The notes beneath the pieces are model-generated. The model was not told the origin of the DNA, did no database searches, and saw only the letters and a list, made by a program, of their open reading frames with translations. Position numbers and translations under genes: made by a program. A stretch of 64,000 nucleotides of DNA from Octopus sinensis (Eukaryota), in contig NC_042998.1 of NCBI RefSeq assembly GCF_006345805.1, positions 83,638,001 through 83,702,000 on the forward strand. Direction: 5' to 3'. Within the stretch, counting starts at the first letter, position 1; each line of letters starts with the position of its first letter. Below are positions 26,601-39,399 of the stretch, in pieces.

Positions 26601-26852
26601 TTTTGTTTTTGTTGTTGTTTTCTTAACTTCTATCATTTACTTCTTTATGTATTAATGTCACAAATATAGTCAATCTGGGATTGATCTGATATCATTTTAT
26701 GCATTGTATGTGCCCTTAGAAAACCTGTCTTTTGGGGGGCTGTTTTTTTTTTTAATTGCTAAGAATCTATCTACACTAACTGGTTAGTCATGTTTTTTGT
26801 ATCCAATGTATACCTATTTTAATTTTGTCTATATCTATTTGTGTGTATGCAT

Positions 26853-26897
<45 letters not shown>

Positions 26898-29800
26898 CTT
26901 GTATATAAAGACATCATTGTGTGGTTAAGAAATTTGTTTCCCAACCACATGGTTTCTGTTTCTGTCCCATTGGGTGACACAATCGGTGGGCGTCTTCTGC
27001 TATAGCCTCAGACCGGCCAACACCTTGTAAGAAGATTTGACTGACAGAAACTGAAAGAAGTCCTTCGATATATTTATATATGTTTGTGTGTGAGGGAAAT
27101 TGTGTTTGTGTTTGTATCTCCTTGTCTTGACATCACATGCTTGTTGTAACTCTGCTTTTCCATGCATGCATCAATCAGATGGAATTTGTTGAGAGAGATT
27201 TTCTATGGCCAGATGCCCTTCCTGTCACCAATCTTCATCTATTTCTAAGTAAGGTATTCTTTCCTCATGGCCAAACATGTTTTCGCAAAAGATTGGAAAT
27301 AAACAACACCACTTGTTGGAAGCTCTGTAAAGAATCATGCTCACTTGCTTCCTTCTTGGCAAATATATATAAACAACAACAATATCATTTTAATGTCCAC
27401 TTTTCCAGACCTGCCTGGGTCAGATAAAATTCATTGGGCCAAATGCTCTTCCTATCACCAACTCTCTCTTGTATTCAAGCAAGTTAATATTTCCCCTTGG
27501 ATGAACATACTTTCGTGGAAGATTGGAAACAAATGACACTGCTTTTATGACAATGACACTCGTTTACAGTTATCACACTGTATCAAGACAATTACATACA
27601 TGCACACATTCATGTACTCACTCACACTCTCTCTCACCAAATCCACTCATAAGACTTTGGTTGGCCCAAGGTTATAAGCGAACACTTGCCCAAGGCACTA
27701 TACTGTGGGACAGAACCTCAAAGTACATGGTTCCAAAACAAAACTTTTAACTACAAAGCCATGCCTATACATACATACATACATATATATATGTCAAAGA
27801 GTGGATGAACTCAGGGTCAATGACCATCCAACAACCGGGATTGCGAGGTCCTTAGTCTTTTAGATATCTCCCTAGGAGAAGGAAAACCCTAATGTAACTA
27901 ACTCCTGCAACGTCATTTACATCCAATGATGTAGACTATATCTTCCTTTTGGGCAAATGCATACACTTCTTAGAGGGTAGGATAGGCCCTGTGCAAGACA
28001 TTTTTCACCTTTAGACAAGGCATCACTTGATTTTAACATTTCTCAGTATATAAATGCTATAAATTGGAGCTGTTAATATTTTATTTAAGTTCTTTAGTAA
28101 TTTATAATCGTTTTATTTAGTTTTATTTTGGTGACTGTCTTGATTCACAAATATTGCATTATAAAGCGTCTGCTACTGTATTTAAACTCTACCTGACCAT
28201 TTACCTTTGTCTATTCTATGTCATTTCTGGAATTAATTTAGACATGGGAGTTGATAAAACCTGTTTTACTTAGCCTTTTCTTTCATTTTTTTTTCTTATC
28301 CCTTACATTTCTTTATGGTTTATTATTTTCTACTTGGTATGTTATATACAGGTTACATGGCCTCAAAATCTTTTCTGGAAAAAGTGGGTGAAGCAATACG
28401 AGAAATGAAACAAGAAAATCCTAACACAATATATTGTAAGACTCTGTTTTCTCTTTTCATTTGTTTCTTCTTTAAGTCCCAGCTGAAGATATGATAATAT
28501 AAAAACACCTGCCCAACAATGGAAGGTCTCTAAGTTCATGCTAATTAACTTTTTTGCTGAATTGAAAACCTATAAAAAGAGGGTGTGTGTCCTATTAATT
28601 GCCATTTAAAAAAAAATATTTTGTATCCAGTTTTCAATGCTTACAGATTAAATATTTTTATCCTTGCTTTAAAAAAAAACGATATAAATAGTTTTATCTT
28701 CATGGTTGCTCTACTGAAACTGGGTGAGGGTTGTCGGTTTGAGAGAATAACATGCAGCTTGTTACAATTTCATGTATAGAATAAAACTTAAACCTCCATT
28801 CATTGTATTTCTAAATGTTGAATGACAGAGTTAAGCCGGATAACATCTACTATAATAATGCTCTTGTGTTTTTCTCTGTCACAACATATGAATGAGAAAG
28901 GAAAGGGTGATAGATGAATAAGGAAGGAAGGGGTGACGGCAAAGTGGTAGTGGGAGTGTTTCAACTATATGTGAGTATATGTGTGTGTATGTAAAAGGAA
29001 AGTATGTGAATGTGTGTGTGTGCAATGGAAGTGGGATGGTGAACATTCAACACTGAAAAGAAATATCAAACAGCGTTTTAACTCTGTGTGAGTATATGTG
29101 TGTATGTGTGTGCATGTACAAGGGAGTGTGTGAATGTTTGTATGTGTGAACCAGTGTTCTTTCAGTAATGAATGATGATCGATGTCACACCTCAAAAGAC
29201 AACCATTACATAACATTCACAAGTATATTAATTTGATTTACCATCCATGTTTATATATAAAAATACTACAATTAGCCGTCATTTTTGACGGTACAGGGCC
29301 AGCTAGTAAATAAATAAAATGCACTTCTTCTTTCTTGGATGGTCCTTCAAAAATGATATTAACAACAGAACTTCATCTTAAAACAGATGTGATCAATTTA
29401 GCATTAAATTGCAACCTTAGTTGAATTACTACTTCAGAAGCGCAGTTATAAGTACGGACTTACCCTGATTCACCATTATTCCCATGTCTGCTCTGACCTG
29501 GATCCTAGTTATGGGTTAAACAGCAGAATTCAGTCAAGTGCCTTGGGGTTGGTCCTTAGACATGTTTCACTTAGGCCCACCATTGATGGACATGCACTGA
29601 TGTCAAGTGAATCAGTCATCCAGCCTGACAATTACTTAGGACCTGTTCTTCAAGAATAAACATGAGAGAGCAGGAGATTAGTGCAGGGAATTGTAAATAA
29701 ACCAACAGAAGGCAACAAGATGTTCTTTGATGCTGGCTATCAATAACAGCACCAACAGAAAAGAAAAGAAAGTCCCAACTCTGAAAACAGAGAGGAAGTT

Positions 29801-32800
29801 GTCACAGATCTTGATCAAGAACAAGGATCACTTTACACCAATGAAGTACAGACAACTGACTCAACACTTACAGTAAACTACCACACATGTACAATCTCCC
29901 TAAGATTCACAAGGATGGTATTCCATTAAGAACTATAGTGAGCTGTAGAGGTTCAGCATGTCATCTACTGAGCCGCTTCCTTGTGGATATAATCAGTCCA
30001 TTAGCAGGAAAGTCAACATCATACATAAAGAATTCCACCCACTTCACAGAATTGATCAAGGATACTCCCATTGAATCTAACCAAATGGTGAATCTAGATG
30101 TGATAAGCCTGTTCGCCAAAGTCCCAACGTTGATACAGGAAAAACTAGTGACAGACACCCATCTAAAAGGATGCACTAGTATACCAATAAGATACTTGAT
30201 GGAAATGTTGACCTTCTGTGTAGAAACTACCCACTTCAGTATGGACACTGATATATATCAACAAGAAGAGGGTTTGGCTATGGGTTCGACATTATCACTG
30301 TTAATAGCCAATATATACACGGAATACTTTGAGAATTTGGCTTTAGGATCAATACCACTAAAACCAACATGATGGCTACGATATGTTGATGACACCTTTA
30401 TACTCTGGCCCCACTAGGAAGATGTCCAAGTGCTGTGAGATCATGTGAACTCAATAAAGCCATCCATATGGTTCACAATGGAAAAGGAAAAAAACAATCA
30501 GCTGGCATTCCTGGATGTATTAATAACATGCACCAAGTATGGATTCAGGACATCCATGTACCGCAAGCCAACCTTTACTGGACAATGCCCCAACTTCAAT
30601 TCCCACCTTCCATACAGTGTAAAGAGAAGGATTGCTCAGTGCTTAAAACATTGTGCAAATAATATAAGTAGTGATCGTGATACACACCACGAAGAAATGA
30701 TCTGTTAAGCAACAGCTACCCCAAAAGTATACTATCCACTCAAATTATGAAGAAGAGAGAGGATGAGGCTAATAAACTGTCCACAGTCTGTCTATCCTAT
30801 GTGAAAGGCCTCTCTGAAAAGATACAAAAGATATACAGCCCATATGACATCAGGATAGTATTCAAGAGTAATACAGCACTTCACAAATATCTCCTTCAAG
30901 TAAAACCAACAATAGAAGAGAATATGGCCAAAGATTGCATGTAATCATCCCATGCAGCTGTGGTTGGTGATACAAAGGCGAAACATGCCGCCCCCTCAAA
31001 ATAAGGGTAGACAAACATCGCAAAGCTGTGACACGAGGAGATATTGATAAATCAGGTATAGCTGATCATGTATGGAAAAATGGAGACCACCTCCCCCTGT
31101 GGGATGAAGTTAAAATAATAGACAGAGAACACCACTGGAAAATACGAAAACTAAAAGAAGCAGCACATAGCTAGGACACAACAACCTCCTAAGCAGACCG
31201 AGTGCAGATATGAGCAGCATATGGGAACCAGTATTAAGGAAGGATAGAAAAATATTAGATTTAATAGCCCTAAAATTCACTCCATAATTGCCCACAGGCA
31301 TATGGCATAGTGGTTAAAAGTGCAGGCTTCTAAACCCAAGATTCCAAGTTCGATTCCAAGCAGTGACCTGAACAATAATAAAAATAATAATAATAACATC
31401 GAAAAATACCTTTGGAATGAGAACCCAGGTTCGAATTTTCCCCAAGACACCTGAAGAAGGCTGGAGGGTATATCAGCCCAAACGTTGTGTTAACAAACAA
31501 GATGAGGACAAATATCCTTCAAATGTAATAATGTACATAATTCCTCATCTCTTAAATATAGTACAGCAGTGAATCAAGACTGAAATTAATGAACTGTTGT
31601 TGTTGTTTAATTCCAGCTTAGTTTAGTTGAATAGTTGAAGCAGATCTATGATCAAAGATGCTCCAACTGTGACCATCCAATTCTAAAATGGGTTCTTATA
31701 AGCACTCAGCTCATGCTATATAGTGGTTGGCAATAGGAAGAGCATCCAACCATAAGTTGGCCAACTCCATGACAAACTATCCAACCTATGCCACCCTGGC
31801 ATTTCACCGACAATCTGTCATTCTAGCCTCTTCCTGTTTACTCCCGCTTTCTTTTCTATAATGTGACTGGCCTTGTAGGTTTCCTACAGCATGAAATCTG
31901 TTCTGTTCTGGCACTTATCTTTCTAACTTGAACCCCTCACCTCATAGCATGCAGCTGACTTCCTCTGCTGTAGTCCAACTCAGTCAAAGGGGATCTTAGT
32001 CTTGCAAACGGTTTGGTGGCCTCCCTAGTAATGCTGGTGTCACAAAAAGTGCTTGGTACACTCTGTAAAGCAATTGGCATTAGGAAGAGCATCTTGTCAT
32101 AGAAATCATGTCAAAACAGAGACTAGAACACAATGCAGTCATCAGATCTGTTGGATCCTGTCAGACCATCCAGCATGAGAGCTGGACATTAAATGATAAT
32201 GTATTCATGTATATGCATGTAGGTATATACAGGTCGGCCCAAAAGTAGGTTTACAGTTATTCAACTATCTCTTCTGCATTCATATATTAACAGTTTAGAT
32301 CTTAAATATAAAAAAAAAATTATGCTAATTTAGGTAATCTTGTCAAGCTCTCTTCCCACTTTTTAAGATAGAAATTTAAATGTAATAAAATGTTTTAAAA
32401 GAAATTTAAAGTGCCAACGTGATAACTGTAAACCTACTTTTGGGCCACCCTGTATGTTAGGGTGAGATCTGGATGTTATACCTAGCATGGCAAGTCCAGT
32501 GTAGTCTCCTGTTCGATTTGTAGTTGTGTGCAAGGTACATAACTCTATTTGCCTTAGCTATGTTTCATTTTTGATGTTTAATTGCTAGAAATGCCATCCA
32601 GCTGTATGAAAATGAACGAACCACAATAAGCTCACTTTTCCTCTTTCATGTAATGTTAGCATAGTAAATTATTTGAAGAGTAAACCTATTCATGTATATG
32701 TGTGTGTGTGTGTGTCCATCTGTTTATTGAATGGTTCTAATGTATACGTATGTATATTTATGTGAATGACTTACAGAAAACAAGTTGCATGAAACTGCTT

Positions 32801-35800
32801 TTTGTTGGAGGAAAACTATTTTGATTTAATGCTAAACAGTGAATTTCTTTTCTCCATCTTACTACAATCTAAGATACTTCAGGCTTTTTGTTTATGTTAG
32901 TGGGGGAAGAAAAAAAGATTGAGAGGCAGGATAATGGATGGATAGAACCATTAGAACATTGGAGAAAATGCATTGCTGTATTTCTTTCGGCTTTTTATTT
33001 TTTGATTTCAAATCCTCCTAAGGGCATTTTTACCTTTCATCCCTCCAGAGGTCTGAAAAGAATAAAGTGCCAGTGTTTGGTAAGTAGTAGATGAGGTGAT
33101 GGTATCAACTAGCCCCTTCCCTCAAAACTGCTGTTCTTGTATCTAAATAAGATACCATTGTTCTTTAAACTGGTGGAGTCACTGATTTGCAGTATTTGTT
33201 CCTGGACTTGACATTCTGATTTCAAATCCTGCTGAGGTCATCTTTGCTTTTCATCCCTCCAGGGGGCCAATAAGAATACAGCACCAGTGCTAGTCAAAAG
33301 GCATAATGGTATCAACAGACCCTTTCACTCTAAAATTGTTGGCCTTGTATCTAAATAAACCTTTATTATTCAAACTGGAGGAATCATTAGAGTGCTGGAA
33401 AAATTGTCTTGCAGTATTTATTCTTGGACTTCACATTCTGAGTTCAAGTCCTACTGAGATCAACTTACTCTTTCATCCCCACCACCTCTGGGATTGATAG
33501 AATAAAGGACCAGTCAAGTACTGGTGTCAGTGTAATTGACTAATCCCATTCCCTTAAAATTGCTGACATTGTCCAAAAACTATAATTACTACTATTAAAG
33601 TGGCAAGCTGGTAGAGTCATTAGCACAGCAGGCAAAATGCTTCACAGCATTTTGTCAGTTTTTACAATATCAGTTCAAATTCCACCATGGTTGACATTGC
33701 CTTTCAGCCCATCAGGGTTGATGAAATAGTGTCAGCTGAGCCCTAGGGTTGATAAAATAAGTACCAGATGAGTAATGGAGTAATGAACAAAATTTTAGGC
33801 TTTCTGTCTTTTGGAGAAAGGATTATTATTATTATTTTATTGTCTTTGCACAGCTTCTAACACTGCAGATATACTATGGTGTCAGCTGTTCACCAGTAAA
33901 CTAAGGTAGCACCCCTTATTTTTCGAGCACCATCCAGAGTATTTGAATGGTTCCAAACAGTGCTGTTTTCTGCAAGTGCTCCACCCTTATTGCAGCCCCT
34001 ATTTCTTCTATGTACTTCTTGAGATTTTTACTCACAATCACAACTGCCTAACCTCCCAAGCTAATCTGTCATATCCATCGCCTTTTCTTTCTTCCTTATC
34101 GCATACCTTGTCAGCTGGGTACACTATATCTATGATTCAGCATCGTTTGCTTTCTTTCTCAATTAACACGGTCTGGTTTCCTATTCTCTATCTTATTTTT
34201 ATTATTATTCATGTAGTAAGCTGACTGAATCATTAGCATATTGGACAAAATGCTTAGCAATATTTCTTCCAACTCCTTGTGTTTTGAGTTCAAGGTTAAA
34301 ATACGCACGCACACCTGATGGGCTTCTTTTAGTTTCCAAGTCTACCTACAAAGCTTTTGGTCCAACAAGAGCTATAATAGAAGACACTTTCCCTAAGTGG
34401 CACACTGTGGGACTGAATTCAAAATCCTCTGGTTAGGAAGCAAACTTCTAAACCATGTTGCCACACCTGCATCTACAGCCGTATCTGTGTGTATATGCGT
34501 TCATGAATATTTACATCATTTTGTACATCAAAGCATTGAGCTAAATCAATGACGTTTGTTGTCATTTCCCTGCCAACAATCTTCATCTGGTTCTGTGCTT
34601 TCAAAATCAAGTGGAATGAATAAAGAAAATCCCTTACTTGAACAGGTAAGTTAGTGAGAGAAAGAGCATCCATGCATCTGTAAAATAATACCTCCCAGTA
34701 ATATATATTTTTCCATCCCAAACTAGAATGGGAAAATGGACAGGTTAAATCAAAATATAATACTTGTTCCTTAATGTTTTGCAGTGTGTGATCCTGTCAT
34801 GGGTGATAATGGAGAAATGGTAAGTTCTTACATTGTTTTCTTTTCCATTCATTTCATTAAATATATTTATAAACTTTGATATCGTATTATTTTAATTACT
34901 TTTAGTCAACACGATTAAGGCCATGCTGGAGCACTGTCTATTTTAAACACTTGGTTATTAGACAGTGATTGCCTACATGCACTGAATGGATTCACTGCTG
35001 AGTGTTGTAAGGCAAGCATGAAAGTAAGTGTGCACAGATCAAGACAGTGGTCCACTCAGGAAAGTTTTCCCAGTGCACGTTAATGGAACATCACTGAGGC
35101 AAGCAGAGATGTTTAAGTATCTTGGGGCCATATTAATGAGTGATGAGTATGAGTATGAGGCTAAATTGGATGCTAGAATCGCAAGTAGCAGCAGAGTAGT
35201 GCACCAGCTCTAACATTAAATCCTCAGAAGAGGAGAGGCTGGTAAAAATGCCAAACTTGCTTTTTTCAATTCCATTTTCCTTCCTATCCTCACCTATAAT
35301 CTGGAACATTGGGTGACGACAAAGAGTACAATTTCATATAAGTTACTGAAATGGGATTACTCTGAAGGATCTGGAGTAACACTACTAACAGGATACATAG
35401 CTCAGAGATCAGGGAATCTCTCCAAATTTAGCTGCTATTTCTCTACATTGAGAGGTCACAACTCTGCTGCTATTTACATGTGATTAGAATGTTGCCGGAA
35501 AGAATCACAAAACAAATTCTTCAAGCCAAGCCAACCAGCAGGAAACAGTTGGATCATATCCATAGTATTAGTTGGTTGCACTTGGGAATCCAGGTAGGGA
35601 AAATGGATAGAATTATTATAAAACAAGCAAATTAATTCTTATTTACTATATATGACTAAGTTAATATAATATGGGAAAGAGAATATTCTTTTCTACTCTA
35701 GGCACAAAGCTTGAAATTTTGTGGGAGGGAGTCAGTCAATTAGATTAACCCCGGTACACAACTAGTACTTAATTTATCGACCCCGAAAGGATGAATGGCA

Positions 35801-37001
35801 AAGTTGACCTCGGTGGAAATTGAAATCAGAATGTAAAGACAGATGAAATACCACTAAGCATTTCACCCAGCATGCTAACATTTCTGCCAGATCACTGCCT
35901 TGGGGAAGAGTATATTAATAATGTATATGTATTTATGTGTACACATCAGCACACATGTATATAATTTTTTTTTTTTTCATTTAGTATGTTCCTGAAGAAC
36001 TGCTCCCTGTCTACCGAGATATACTTGTACCACTTTCTGATATTACAGTCCCTAACCAATTCGAAGCTGAGTAAGTAACTTGTTTATGCATTATGCATGG
36101 ATTTAATTATACAACATGTATATTTATTGACTATTTATGTTGTTTATATTTAATTAATGGCACAGATATGGGTATGTAGTTAAGGAGTTTGTTTTGGAAC
36201 CTTGTGGTTAGTAGTTCCGTCCCGCTGAATATATGTTATCTGCTGGCATTCTGTACTATAGCCACAGGATGACTATTGTCTTGTGAGTGAACTGGTGCAT
36301 CGTGTAGTGTATGTGTGCATGTATATCATCACCATCATCACTTAACGTCCATTGTCCATGCTGGTATGAGTTAAATGGTTTGACTGAGCTGGAAGGCTGC
36401 ACCAAACTCCAATCTCATTTGGCATGGTTTTCTACAGCTGGATGCCCTTCTTAATGCCAACCACTCCAAGAGTGTAATGGGTGCTTTTATGTGACACCAG
36501 GATGTGTTTACGTGCCACCGGCACAGACACCAATTTGCATGACACTGGTGTCTGCAATGAATGTGATATTGCTCAGCTTGATGGGTCTTCTTCTCAAGCA
36601 TGACATAATGCCAAAGGTCTTGATCATTGCCTCCATGAGACCCAACACTTGAAAGGGACTCGACCACCTCACCTCCATGTGGCCCAACACTCGAGCGGAA
36701 CTCAGCCACTTTGCCTCTGTGTGGTCCAATGCTTGAAAGGAACTCAGCCACTTTGCCTCCATGGTTCAAAAAATGTTCTTTACATGCCACCAGGGTTCTC
36801 TCAAGCACAGCACATCGCCAAAGGTCTCGGTTACCAGTCATTGCCCCTGTGAAGCTCAAACTTCAAAGATCATGTTCACCACCTCATCCCATGTCTTCCT
36901 GGGTCTACGTATACCATGGGTTCCCTCCACAGAGATCGGCACTTCTTTACACAGTTGTCCTTGTCCATATGCATCACATGACCATACCGGTGCAGTCGTC
37001 C

Positions 37002-37036
<35 letters not shown>

Positions 37037-39312
37037 TGTATGAGTCAGTTTGCATTCCCCCTCTCATTTTCACATGTGTTCACTAACTGTAAACAACATC
37101 CTTGCTATCAATGCAGTCGGTGTTCTTTGTTTGCAGCCAACTGTAAAAATCATGTCTGAGCTGTTTGTCATATGATAGTTGGGAATTATTACCTTGCTTC
37201 GAAACAAACAGTCGAGAGCTGGCAATGGGAAGGGCTGGTGCAGTTGTTTCCAGTGCATGCAAGCTGGCACAGCCGCTTATAAGTACATGGCAGCAGGTGC
37301 TGTCACTCCCAGGTACACAATACTACCACTCAGTTGCATGCACTCATCCATATGCAATTGCTAGCACAGTCACCAACATTTTTATGCACGTTACCACACA
37401 CGCATTTTCCCAGAATATTTTCATGAGCATATTTTTGCATACACATTTTGCATATGTATACACAAGCATATTGTATGCTCTGATATTGTTCTCTACTAAC
37501 ATTTTTTTTCTTTTGCTTTTTTTTTTTAGGTGTCTTACAGGAATAAAGATTAATAACCTAACAGATTCCATTAAAGCTATAGAATGTATTCACAAATTAG
37601 GAGTGCAAACTGTCATAATGTCAAGCAGCACACTTGGTAAAGGAACCAATACCCTTGTATGCATAGCCAGCAGATACACAGGTTGGTCTCTAACTTACAC
37701 CCATTATGTATACTTTGACATGGTGGCAGCAATTTCAAAGTTTCTATGATGATTTTGTAGATGAAGACAGGGGCAATGGGTTAGTGCAAATAGTAATGAT
37801 AATTGTTCTAATCCCTGTCACTCTAAGTTCAAATCTTGGTTTACATCTCAATTGTTGATTTCATAAAATAGCTACCAGTAATATACTGGATTAAATTAGG
37901 GTGATAGCTGGCCTGCTTTTTGTCAAAGATGAACTGAATCAGGTGTGATTACAAACGCATGTCTGAAATATATAATCCAATAAAATTCATATTTATAGGA
38001 TTTTGAGCAAGTATCTTCATTTGTAGTCCCCTGTCCAATCAAATCCTTGTAGATTTAGTAGATGGCAGCTGAAAGAAGCTCATCATGTGTGTGTGTGTGT
38101 TTGTGCTGATGTGAGTTCATACTTTCTTTTGTGTGCTTGCTGGTTGTAAAATATAGCTTTGTTAGTGGTGGTGTTTGCTTGCAGTCCACTACAAAAGTAT
38201 GTCCAGGGTTCTTGTTAAGTTGAACAAACTTTGTAAACAAGAGGCTCATTCACACGGTGTCATTTGTTTCCAGCACTTCATGTAAACATGTCTGAGCTGT
38301 TTCTTGTTTGGGCAAACAAGTGAAATTTGATGGCAGGGTCATCTGGCCATAAATTCTCTCCCAACTTACTCCCATCTGACCTATATGAGTATGGAAAAGT
38401 ACATGTTAAAATGATGATGAACGTCATCATCATTTAACATCCATTTTCCATGCTGGCAAGGGTTGGGTAGTTTGACAGGAACTGGCATGGCCAGGAGCTG
38501 CACCAGGTTCTGTAGTCTGTTTTGGCTTGGTTTCTACAGCTTGATACCCTTCCTAAGGTCAACCACTTTACAGAGTGTTCTTTGTGCTTTTTTATGTGGT
38601 GCCAACACTAGTGCTTTTCTAAGGGGGCTAGCAGGGGTGCCCTTTTTAATGTAGTGCCGACATGGGTGGCCTTTTTAATGTGGCACCAGTATAGGCTGAT
38701 GTTAATGAAGTTTTAAGAAAAGTATTATCTTAAAGGCCATGAGATTAGTAATTAAACAAAGAATGGGGATTGACTGGTCCTCTCCTATGGTAGCCAAATA
38801 ACTGGTTTGCAAAAGTACTAATAAAATGGACACCAACAGGATGAAGGACAGAGAGGGAAATTTACAGGCCACCGAGTGTTGAAACTTTCAAGAGAATTTG
38901 GAGGCTGTCAAGAGACACTGAGAAAACATAGAAACACACAAATGATTGAGAAGATTTGCCTTTCCGATGCTTTCAAACATTCATGAAATTAAGTAATTAA
39001 CTGTTAACATTTAATGCATAGAGCATTAAAATGCTGACTAGGAATAGATGTGTGAAGAGGAAAAAGTAGAAGTAGCATTATTAATCAATGATAAAAAGCT
39101 TTTGTGATCTTCAACTAAAACCGTTTTATATAAACCATTCCTATCATCAATGATATTTAAAACCTGTTTTTTTTTTAATCTTGTTACAGAGACTTACAGT
39201 CTGTGACATTTGTCAATCTTTTGTCCTGTCATTTTATTTGCTATCCATCAAAAGTTAAGCTTAAACATTTCAGTATTCTACAGATTCATATTTGATCTGA
39301 CTTAAAAGAAAC

Positions 39313-39347
<35 letters not shown>

Positions 39348-39356
39348 GTATGTGTG

Positions 39357-39399
<43 letters not shown>

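Larger units (their letters stand above)
29770..31565 (+). mobile_element. 5'-truncated, decayed Penelope-like element (RT plus GIY-YIG) with its 3' terminal region
   Basis: YNLPKIHKDGIPLR, LDVISLF, GLAMGS.LS..IANIY, WLRYVDDTF, FTMEKE.NNQLAFLDV, YRKPT, then IPCSCG..YKGETCRPL..R..HRKA...KSGIADHVW...WDEVKIIDREHHW..RKLKEAAH. Many stops and frameshifts. Confidence 0.92.

Noticed and set aside
31297-31370. Functional tRNA gene (also 55800..55875 and the SINE heads)
   Set aside because: A and B boxes are present, but acceptor and anticodon stems do not pair properly and the copies disagree at the anticodon; these are retroposon heads.
37165-37749. 194-aa standalone ORF
   Set aside because: Only 37530..37681 is PDXK exon 7; the rest is read-through into intron sequence.
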